Of a DNA stretch of 30,964 nucleotides, positions 18,328 to 25,975 are shown in pieces. Each line of letters starts with the position of its first letter. The first letter of the stretch is position 1. The translations under genes were made by a program, and so were the position numbers. Under the pieces are notes generated by a model. The model searched no databases, was not told the origin of the DNA, and was given only the letters and a program-made list of their open reading frames with translations. Location of the stretch: positions 3,726 to 34,689 of the forward strand of contig CAZBPC010000028.1 in assembly GCA_964493715.1 (NCBI GenBank). The letters run 5' to 3'. Origin of the DNA: an uncultured archaeon (GTDB lineage Archaea > Asgardarchaeota > Lokiarchaeia > Sigyniarchaeales > SOKP01).

Positions 18328-19606
18328 ATGGTTAGACATGGAATTAAAGATAAAGTCGCAATTATCGGTTGCGACATGACAAAATATGGAGAACGATGGG
18401 ATAAGTCACAATACGACCTGCTCTTCGAAGCATTTCAAAGCGCGACGAAGGATGCTGGAATTAAGAAGGATGAGGTGGATGCGAGCTGGGTTGGGATATT
18501 TTACTACTTTACTGGACTATCAGGTGCGATGGTAGAAGATATCCTAAAGTTGGATGGTAAACCCGCTACTCGCGTGGAAAATTACTGCGCTTCGGGCATG
18601 GATGCGTTCCGTAATGCATGCTTTGCCGTTGCTTCTGGTGCATATGACGTTGTCCTCGCCTGTGGAGTGGAGAAACAATATTAACATTTTGTTAATATGC
18701 TCTAGACTCATGGACGAGGGCGGTAGTGGTTTACCCGGATTTACCCAATTCGGACATCCGCTATATCCGACGCCTTCCGCGCCAGCAATGTTTTCGATGG
18801 CGGCCACAAGATGCTTTCACGAGTTCGGATGGACGAAGGAAGATCTTGCCCGAGTCGCGGTAAAAAACCATGATAATGGGTCTCATCATCCAAAAGCACA
18901 TTTTCGAAGCCCAATTTCTTTAGAAGCTGCGATGAAAGCCCCCATGATTGCGGACCCTCTCGGTAGATTCGACTGCTGCGCAAAAATTTAATCACTTAGA
19001 TAAAATTACGCAATGTCAGACGGAGCTGCCGCGTTGATCCTCACCAGACCAGACCTCGCCGAAAGTTATGCCCATGCGGATGACTACGTGCTGGTAAAAG
19101 CCAATGCAATTTCGGCTCACACCAATTTTCCGTGGTACGTGCCACCTGGAGGGCCTGGAGCGGATTTCACTGCATTTCCATCAACGGTAAAAGCGGCGAA
19201 ATACGCCTATCAAGAAGCAGGAATTACCAATCCGCGGAAAGAAATCGATGCTGCAGAAGTCCATGACTGTTTTACGATCACAGTTGATTACATTGCGTAA
19301 TTAACGGTTAATGAACTTATAAACTGTCAGGACCTGCAATTCTGCGACCGAGGGAAAGCAGCTGAAGAACTTAAGAACGGAACGTTCAACTGGGATGGCG
19401 AAACCGCCGTGAATCCATCGGGAGGACTAAAAAGTTTTGGTCATCCTATTGGAAGTACTGGCTGTCGGATGCTCACGGAAATCACCAAGCAAATCCAAGG
19501 ACGTGCTGAGGGAAGGCAAGTGCCCGATGCTAAGATCGGCTTATGCCATAACCTTGGCGGTGCGTTTAGCGTCTGTGCCACGACAATATTAGGTCAACGA
19601 GATTAA
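18328..19606 (+). CDS. SCP2-type thiolase (acetyl-CoA acyltransferase) split by three BHB introns; exons 18328-18674, 18706-18983, 19014-19281, 19312-19606; 395 aa spliced
   Basis: Exons sum to 1188 nt (395 aa + stop). Motifs ENYCASG, GVEK/LMD, KNH.NG..HPKAHF, FDCCA/MSDGAAA, EVHDCFTIT/ELI, NPSGGL..FGHPIG.TG and HNLGG are all intact after splicing. Confidence 0.9.
18675..18705 (+). other. Putative BHB intron 1 (31 nt) in thiolase mRNA
   Basis: ACAATATTAACATTTTGTTAATATGCTCTAG. Central helix GGAG(18669-72)/CTCT(18700-03), bulges AAA and AGA, stem ATATTAAC/GTTAATAT, loop ATTTT. Removal gives GAG AAA CTC ATG (EKLM) and repairs a frameshift. Confidence 0.85.
18984..19013 (+). other. Putative BHB intron 2 (30 nt) in thiolase mRNA
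   Basis: AAATTTAATCACTTAGATAAAATTACGCAA. Central helix GCGC(18978-81)/ACGC(19008-11) with one C-A mismatch, bulges AAA and AAT, stem AATTTaATC/GATaAAATT, loop ACTTA. Removal gives TGC GCA ATG TCA GAC (CAMSD). Confidence 0.78.
19282..19311 (+). other. Putative BHB intron 3 (30 nt) in thiolase mRNA
   Basis: AGTTGATTACATTGCGTAATTAACGGTTAA. Central helix GATC(19276-79)/GGTT(19306-09), bulges ACA and AAT, stem GTTGATTAC/GTAATTAAC, loop ATTGC. Removal gives ATC ACT GAA CTT (HDCFTITEL). Confidence 0.87.
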
Positions 19607-19630
19607 ATTTCTTTTTTTCTATTTTTTTTA
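19607..19630 (+). terminator. Oligo-T archaeal terminator candidate after thiolase
   Basis: ATTTCTTTTTTTCTATTTTTTTTA immediately after the stop codon. Confidence 0.5.
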
Positions 19631-19823
19631 ATGGAATCTACCGGTAAAAATAAGAATTTACGGGCTAAATTCATTGTAAGCTTTATATTCTATACAGAGG
19701 ATAAATATTTATATTTGTTTATATAAGATAAAGTTAAGAAATTCAACTTCAGAGGTAAAAATTATTATTGAACACGAGAAGGAAAACATTGGAAAGCCAA
19801 AAAAAGCGGGTTTAGTTTTAACC

Positions 19824-20174
19824 GTGATTGGGGCGATTTGGATGTTCAGATCATTGGTGTTTATGGTCCCTGACATTTACAAAATTGCTTTAATGGTAGG
19901 GATTATAATTTCAATAATTGGGGGGATCATGGTGATAAAAGGTAAAAAACCTGGAAGGTTAATTTCTTTAATAGGTGGAATTGTAAATCCCATTCTCATT
20001 ATAATGGTTGTATACAACCCTGCTCTTTGGTTCTATGACTTTTGGTACGGTTTACTGAATCACTTCATATTTATGTTTTTGACAATTTATGGATTCGCTA
20101 TTTTTGGGATTTCTTTTTTGTTGTTATTGATCGGTGGGATTCTTAGCTTTAAGATAGAAGAATTACAGATATGA
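19824..20174 (+). CDS. Small multi-pass membrane protein; true start may be TTG 19768 with a frameshift in the A7 run at 19799-19805
   Basis: Hydrophobic 116-aa ORF with repeated I.GGI motifs; SD-like AGAGGT at 19751 precedes an out-of-frame TTG at 19768. Confidence 0.65.
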   Translation: MIGAIWMFRSLVFMVPDIYKIALMVGIIISIIGGIMVIKGKKPGRLISLIGGIVNPILIIMVVYNPALWFYDFWYGLLNHFIFMFLTIYGFAIFGISFLLLLIGGILSFKIEELQI

Positions 20175-20248
20175 TAGATTTAATTTCTAGAGGGACTAAG
20201 ATTTATCCACAAGATTTGGTAAATAAGATTAATTAAATTAATAAAACG

Positions 20249-20485
20249 ATGACCGAAAAGAAAGGTTATGAATTTAAATTATTAAGATTTATTAGTCCAA
20301 TTTGTAAATCAAAAAAAGATCTAAAAATTCCATTTTCTATTATTATTAAGATTCATGAATTAACAACCATTTACATTCCAAAAGGTCTCATATGTGAACA
20401 TCACTTTCAAGCTTTTCTTGATAAAAATTTTGTAATTAGAGGTTACCAGCGAGTTGATTTCACTAATCCTAAGAGTTTAAATTAG
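20249..20485 (+). CDS. Stand-alone, possibly degenerate copy of the Zn-ribbon-like domain found in 490-1401
   Basis: SPICK...ICEHHFQAFLDKNFVIRGYQRVDF versus CPHCN...VCEHSFQIFVDKHFVIRGYQRVDF; the first Cys is replaced by Ser. Confidence 0.6.
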   Translation: MTEKKGYEFKLLRFISPICKSKKDLKIPFSIIIKIHELTTIYIPKGLICEHHFQAFLDKNFVIRGYQRVDFTNPKSLN

Positions 20486-20521
20486 TAGGGGGAGTAGGGG
20501 GGCACTTGCGGAACTACTATT

Positions 20522-21011
20522 ATTATAGTTTTAACTATAGTTAAATTAGATGATGCTTATGGATAGTCTTGGGAAATGTTTTTAAGGAAATTTTAATAGG
20601 TTTTTTTTTATGGGCTGTGAGATGTGTGAATCTGTTTGTTCCTAAATTTTGCATCCAAAAAAGTGTTAACCTCAAAATCAACAAACTATATTAGAAACTA
20701 TAGTATTCATTCATATTTTTATTATTTTGACTTTTTCAAGCAAATCCCTCTGGAAGTGGTGTTAAATTCCAAGAAGCGAGCTTAAAATAGTTTTGTTTTA
20801 ATGAGTATATGAAAGCAATCCAAAAATGAGCGCAATATCCTAGGTTTCCACCAACACGGCACAGGAATATTCTTGTTTAAAGAAGAAATATAGTAATTTC
20901 AGATAATCCAATCTTATATATTTCCTATTAAAATCCAATGGATTCTTAAATAAAGCTCCCCCCACATTTAACATAACCAGCTTTATGTTTAACTATAATT
21001 TAGACTATAGT
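20522..21011. repeat. Three copies of a spaced dyad A(C/T)TATA-N6-ACTATAGT (20522, 20685, 20992); the first includes the 16-bp palindrome TTTAACTATAGTTAAA (20530-20545)
   Basis: ATTATAgttttaACTATAGT, ACTATAttagaaACTATAGT and ACTATAatttagACTATAGT read directly; identical 12-bp period in all three. Confidence 0.7.
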
Positions 21012-21012
21012 T

Positions 21013-21089
21013 TGCCCGATTGGTTTGTGTCATAACCTTGGGGTGCATTCAGCGTGTGCGCCACGACCATATTAGGGCAACGAGATTAA
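21013..21089 (+). pseudogene. Diverged duplicate of the thiolase 3' end (copy of 19521-19606)
   Basis: TGCCCGAT..TGGTTTGTGTCATAACCTTGGGGTGCATTCAGCGTGTGCGCCACGACCATATTAGGGCAACGAGATTAA encodes IGLCHNLG/AFSVCATTILGQRD*. It has an 8-nt and a 1-nt deletion plus mainly third-position changes, and is followed by a similar T-tract. Confidence 0.88.
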
Positions 21090-21143
21090 AAATATTACTT
21101 TTTTTTTATATTTTTTGGGTCTAATTTTATTTTAAGTTCTAAT

Positions 21144-21665
21144 TTATTTTTCTCGCATGTGAGAGATTATCATTCTCGTTAATTCTTCAAAGGATTTTTC
21201 CACATTTTCGCCAGTTTTGCTGGAACATTCAATATAGTTATTCAGACCCAATGAATCTGCAAGCCGTTTTGCTTCGTTGATAGAAACTTCTCTAAATTGT
21301 TCTAAATCTAATTTACCTCCTAGTAATAAGATCGGGAAATTTACGTTAGTTTCATTTATAATTGATAACCAGTCATGAACATGGGAAAAGGAGGAATAAT
21401 CAGTAATATCATACATTAAAATTCCCCCCATTGCTCCTTGGATATATTGGGGAAATAAAGTTCGAAATCGTTCTTCACCACCAAAATCCCAGATCATGAG
21501 ATTAACACGCTTTTCATCGACTTCGATGATTTTAGTTTCAAATTCCACTCCTATAGTCATTTGAGAATCAGGGAGGAATATATCTTTAACAAATCGTTTA
21601 TTTAAAGTTGTCTTACCACAACCTGCGTCACCGAAAATAACGATTTTAAAAATCAAGTCATACAT
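21144..21665 (-). CDS. Rab-like small GTPase (173 aa), paralogue A
   Basis: FKIVIFGDAGCGKTT, TIGVEF, WDFGGEERFR, GGKLD, ECSSKTGENV; start moved to ATG 21665 to match the paralogue. Confidence 0.93.
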   Translation of the reverse strand: MYDLIFKIVIFGDAGCGKTTLNKRFVKDIFLPDSQMTIGVEFETKIIEVDEKRVNLMIWDFGGEERFRTLFPQYIQGAMGGILMYDITDYSSFSHVHDWLSIINETNVNFPILLLGGKLDLEQFREVSINEAKRLADSLGLNNYIECSSKTGENVEKSFEELTRMIISHMREK

Positions 21666-22177
21666 TTTAATCAAATTTAATAATTTTTTCTGGTTATTAA
21701 TCTGAATTACTTGGTAATATATCGCTTCATCAAGAAATCAACGACTAAGTAAAAATTTAATTCTTGATCTCGTGTTTAAATTTTTAAGTGTTCGATCTTG
21801 ATGGGATATAGTAAAAATGGAAAATATCTACAAATATTTAAACTTTCTCCAAATAATTTATCAATATCTAATTTGTATGAGCTAAATTGATGAAAAGTAA
21901 TATTCAAATCAATCTATTTAGAGCAATTTTTCCCTTTAAAGCTAAATTTTAAGAAAAAAAAGGCATGAAATTTTTATTTAGTATAAACAATGATTCCAAC
22001 CACAAAGACAGCTATATTATTAAGAAAAAATTTCCAAACGGAATTATGTCTTTTGGATATGCTGCTCATATTGATATAGCAATATCAGTTATTTTACCAA
22101 GATTGAGAACAACCAATCAGATTTCATAATTCAATTATTAAAAGCAAAAAAAAAGAATTTAACAAATAGCCATTTGA

Positions 22178-23059
22178 TCACTCGATTGGCCATTCAAGTA
22201 GTGATAGAATCAAATTTTTGTGAGATAATCCTCCCCTAGTAAGTGTGCCAACAAAATTTTCTCGTGTAAACATCTTTTTTAAGACATAACTTAAAACTTG
22301 CTTATCACGTAGTCCTTTTTCATTAGCTTCCTTTTGAAATCGATGAGCTTTCAGATGTAGTGAATCAATCTCATCCATTCTATCTTTTAAAAACGATCTG
22401 TCTTTAAATACTCCTTTCCCAGAAGTAAAAAGAAGTAAATTTTCCATTCCTTTGGTAAGATCATGTAATTTTTTAATTGATTGAAATATAAGGAATATAT
22501 CTTCGGGGATGTCCGTATCCTTACCAAATATCATTTGATATTTTGGCATGACTGCATCGGTGATGAATGCCCACTGTTGTTTTCGTTCAATTAAACTAAC
22601 AATTTCAGGTGCATGTCCGGGAGTATCTACTATCTCAAAAATGTATTTACCTGACTTGGAACAAATCAGATCTTGTAACAATTCAGCTTGAAAGGGTTGA
22701 AAATCTAACCCCCAAGTCATTTGACGATAATCGGGATAATTCTTTTTTTTTTTCAACAATGGAATAGCCAATTTACTAGCATATACGGGAATTTTAAATT
22801 CCTCTTGGAGCATGCGACCTCCCCCGCAATGATCTTCATGGTTATGAGTAATTACACATTTTGCAACCATGTTTTCGGAATCAAGAGATTTGATGAATTC
22901 ACGCAAATCATCTACTCCTCCGGGAGCTCCTGCGTCAATTAATAACCCATCAATTAAAAATACGGAAGTCCAAAAGGGTTGTGGCATCAATTTATTATCT
23001 GAAGACCATTTCCACTCTAATATCTCGTTATTACAATGATAAACTTTTTGAATAACCAT
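22178..23059 (-). CDS. MBL-fold metallo-hydrolase
   Basis: LIDAG, THNHEDHCGG, TPGHA, FITD. Confidence 0.88.
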   Translation of the reverse strand: MVIQKVYHCNNEILEWKWSSDNKLMPQPFWTSVFLIDGLLIDAGAPGGVDDLREFIKSLDSENMVAKCVITHNHEDHCGGGRMLQEEFKIPVYASKLAIPLLKKKKNYPDYRQMTWGLDFQPFQAELLQDLICSKSGKYIFEIVDTPGHAPEIVSLIERKQQWAFITDAVMPKYQMIFGKDTDIPEDIFLIFQSIKKLHDLTKGMENLLLFTSGKGVFKDRSFLKDRMDEIDSLHLKAHRFQKEANEKGLRDKQVLSYVLKKMFTRENFVGTLTRGGLSHKNLILSLLEWPIE

Positions 23060-23204
23060 AATAGTTTCATTTGCGATAAAAATAAAAAGTGTAGATTTAA
23101 CGTTGCCTAGTTATTATGAACTTCAATAATTCAAACTTTAAATTTTTTGGCTCTTAATTTTATCATAAAAATCCATCAATTGGAGAATAGAAGGAGAAAG
23201 AAAA

Positions 23205-23306
23205 TTGAGTAAAACTGAATTTAAAGGCAATTTATTGAGTCCTTTACCCGTTATACTGGTAGGAGCAAATGTGAAAAATTAACCAAATTATTTACTTATC
23301 GGATAA
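23205..23306 (+). pseudogene. Flavin reductase/flavoredoxin N-terminal remnant
   Basis: After AAGGAG (23191), TTG start gives MSKTEFKGNLLSPLPVILVGANVKN*PNYLLIG*, matching the P.PV.LVGA.V.GKPN motif, with a premature TAA at 23280 and truncation. Confidence 0.65.
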
Positions 23307-23414
23307 CTATAACACTCGGAGACAGCATGGACCATTTATTCTTATATATTAAAAGATTTTCAGCAAAATACTATTATAGGATTCTTACTTCTGTAGATTT
23401 ATCTCTACAATTTT

Positions 23415-23936
23415 TCAGGACTCTCTCATTTTATTAACCATAATTCTCGTTAAATCTTCAAACGATTTTTCCACATTTTCACCCGTTTTGCTGGAACATT
23501 CAACATATTTATTTAAACCCATAGAGTTTGCAAGTTGCTTTCCCTCGTTAAAAGAAATTTCTCTCTTTTCATTTAAATCTATTTTACCTCCTAGTAATAA
23601 GATGGGAAAGCGCTCTCTTTCGCCATTTATAACTGATAACCAATCAATGGTATGAGAAAAAGAAGAGTAATCCGTGATATCACACATTAAAATTCCCCCC
23701 ATGGCTCCATGAATATATTGGGGAAAGATAAATCGAAATCGTTCTTCACCTCCAAAGTCCCAAATCATTAACTTAACTCGCATATCATCGATCTTGATGA
23801 TTTTAGTTTCAAATTCCACTCCTATAGTCATTTGAGAATCCGGTATAAATAAGTCGGTCACAAAACGTTTAGTTAAAGTAGTCTTACCTGAACCTGCGTC
23901 GCCAAAAATGACGGTTTTGAAAATTGCGTCATACAT
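23415..23936 (-). CDS. Rab-like small GTPase (173 aa), paralogue B
   Basis: FKTVIFGDAGSGKTT, TIGVEF, WDFGGEERFR, GGKID, ECSSKTGENV. Confidence 0.93.
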   Translation of the reverse strand: MYDAIFKTVIFGDAGSGKTTLTKRFVTDLFIPDSQMTIGVEFETKIIKIDDMRVKLMIWDFGGEERFRFIFPQYIHGAMGGILMCDITDYSSFSHTIDWLSVINGERERFPILLLGGKIDLNEKREISFNEGKQLANSMGLNKYVECSSKTGENVEKSFEDLTRIMVNKMRES

Positions 23937-24249
23937 TTTAATCTAATTTAATTTTTTTTCTGGTTATTAATCTGATATATGTGAAAATATAACTTTTTAG
24001 CCACTCAACTAATACTCAAGTAAGAATTTCTTTCTATATCTTTCTTTCTGAATAGCCCATCGAGCAAAGATAATATGAAACTTGTGATATTTAAATTTTT
24101 CCATAATAATTTACCAATATCAAAATTGTATGAAGTAAATGGATAGAAAATGAGAGATCAATCAGTACTTTTAGTTAATTTCATTTTTATCCTATGAATT
24201 ATAGGAAAATAATATTATTACTGAATATTAGATAAAATTTTTTTTATTT

Positions 24250-24768
24250 TTATCTTCTTAAATCAATAATTCTACGAGTTAACATGCTAATCGCATCATC
24301 AACTATAACAATATCAGTTGGAGACGCTTCAATATAGATTCCTCCCTCATTTTCTGCAAATCCACGAGCCTTTTCTCTAAGATGTGTTTTGTCGACTTCT
24401 TTAAGCTTATCAATATTATTTCCAATCAATAAAAAAGGTCTAAAACCATTAACCTGTATTATTTCTGTAAAAAAATTTCTAACTTCAGCAAATGTTTCCT
24501 CCTTGGTCAAATCGAAAATTAAAATTATTCCTGCAGCTCCTTTGTAAAACGTGCTACGAATGAGCTCAAATCGTTTTTGACTTCCAATGTCCCATAGCGA
24601 AAGATTAGCAATTTCACTGAGTTGGAACTCAACATCTTTAGTTAAAATGTCGACTCCAACTGTCAACTTGTAGTTTGCAGCAAACCGATTTTTAACGATT
24701 TGTTGGACCAACCGATTTTTAACTAAATCTCTTCCAATTAGTATTATTTTAAGTTTAAAATGAGACAT
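24250..24768 (-). CDS. Rab-like protein with degenerate nucleotide-binding motifs (pseudo-GTPase candidate)
   Basis: Likely start MSHFKLKIILIG at 24768. Retains YKLTVGVDILTK, WDIGSQKRF, FYKGAAG and FDLT, but G1 is GRDLVKNR, G4 is NNID and G5 is EASP. Confidence 0.85.
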   Translation of the reverse strand: MSHFKLKIILIGRDLVKNRLVQQIVKNRFAANYKLTVGVDILTKDVEFQLSEIANLSLWDIGSQKRFELIRSTFYKGAAGIILIFDLTKEETFAEVRNFFTEIIQVNGFRPFLLIGNNIDKLKEVDKTHLREKARGFAENEGGIYIEASPTDIVIVDDAISMLTRRIIDLRR

Positions 24769-24980
24769 GATTACAGATTGAATAACCCAAGTAATGATAA
24801 GAAAATCTAATCTTATAAATAATTTCATTAAATTAATAGCATTAATATCTTAGCATCAACTTCAACTAATTCAAATGAGGTTTGATACTTCGAACATTAA
24901 GACTATAAATATGCTTAGCCCTATTTATGCATAAATTAATTTGTAACAATGCCAATCATAAAAATTATTGTGGTTAAAAA

Positions 24981-25820
24981 ATGGATGCTAAAAAATTAGA
25001 TTTTGAATCAATATATTTTGATCTCTATGAATTAAGTCCAGGGATATTCGCAGCAATTTCAGCAGAAAAAATATTCACTTCAAATGCGGGATTTTTTGAT
25101 CTTGGTAATTATCTAATTATCTTTGATACACTCATGGACCCATATTCCACTATTGATCTCATTAAAGCGTCAAAACAATTTACAAATAAGGATCCTTCTT
25201 TTCTAATAAACAGTCATCATCACATAGATCATTTATTTGGGAATAGAAAGTTTCCCATGAATATTCCTATTATTTGCAGCAGTGAAGCATTGAAAGAATC
25301 ACAAAATTACCTAAATACGCGGTTTAGAGATTTTCAGAATAGAGCTCCTGAAGAACTTAAAAAAACAGAAGAGGTCTTATTGAATGAAAAGAATCCCGAT
25401 AAAATTTTAGAGTTGAAAAATGATATAAATACATGGAATGAAATTAGGGACCCCGATTTTGAATTAAGACAACCAGATTTTATAATTGATGATTCTATTA
25501 CTATAATTGGTACCAAAAACCAAGTTCAAGTAATACATATAGGAGCCGCTCACACTAAAGGGGATATAATCGCTCTTTTCGAAAAAGAAAAAATTTGTTT
25601 TATGGGAGACTTATTATTCGAGCAAACTGATCCTAATTGGGCTAGTGGTGCACCTGGATCACCAGTTCCAGCGAACCCTGAACGGCTTCGCGATACTTTA
25701 AACGATTACGCTGAGAAGGATATTGACATTTATATCCCGGGGCATGGTAAAATATGCACTAAAAAAATTCTTCGGGATAATGCAATATTTTACAATGAGT
25801 ATTTTATAAAAAAAAAATAA
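24981..25820 (+). CDS. MBL-fold metallo-hydrolase (cyclase-like subgroup)
   Basis: SNAG, FDT, NSHHHIDHLFGN, AHTKGD, GDLLF, PGHG. Confidence 0.9.
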   Translation: MDAKKLDFESIYFDLYELSPGIFAAISAEKIFTSNAGFFDLGNYLIIFDTLMDPYSTIDLIKASKQFTNKDPSFLINSHHHIDHLFGNRKFPMNIPIICSSEALKESQNYLNTRFRDFQNRAPEELKKTEEVLLNEKNPDKILELKNDINTWNEIRDPDFELRQPDFIIDDSITIIGTKNQVQVIHIGAAHTKGDIIALFEKEKICFMGDLLFEQTDPNWASGAPGSPVPANPERLRDTLNDYAEKDIDIYIPGHGKICTKKILRDNAIFYNEYFIKKK

Positions 25821-25975
25821 GCCTTCGAAATTATTAATATCTCTTTTTTCTTATATGGTAATATTTGTACGAAAACGGAACTTTTAGAAAATGCTGATGA
25901 TAATATCAAAAGCTATAAATATTAAATTGATTCTATTTAGACTATTAGATTTTTTTCCCAAAAAGGTGAATTAAT

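Noticed and set aside
18980-19012. Programmed ribosomal bypassing (matched GCA take-off and landing codons)
   Set aside because: Matched codons exist only for insert 2. Inserts 1, 3 and 4 lack them, and insert 4 needs a split AT|G codon that only splicing can create. Not formally excluded without RNA data.
18280-19606. Four separate ORFs or a frameshifted thiolase pseudogene, as implied by the ORF track
   Set aside because: All breaks are same-sized structured inserts whose removal gives an intact 395-aa enzyme with no other lesions.
20740-20860. ORB-like boxes (minus-strand TTCCAGAGGGA and GGTGGAAAC) suggesting a replication origin
   Set aside because: Only partial matches, no adjacent G-string and no cdc6/orc1 gene in the window.
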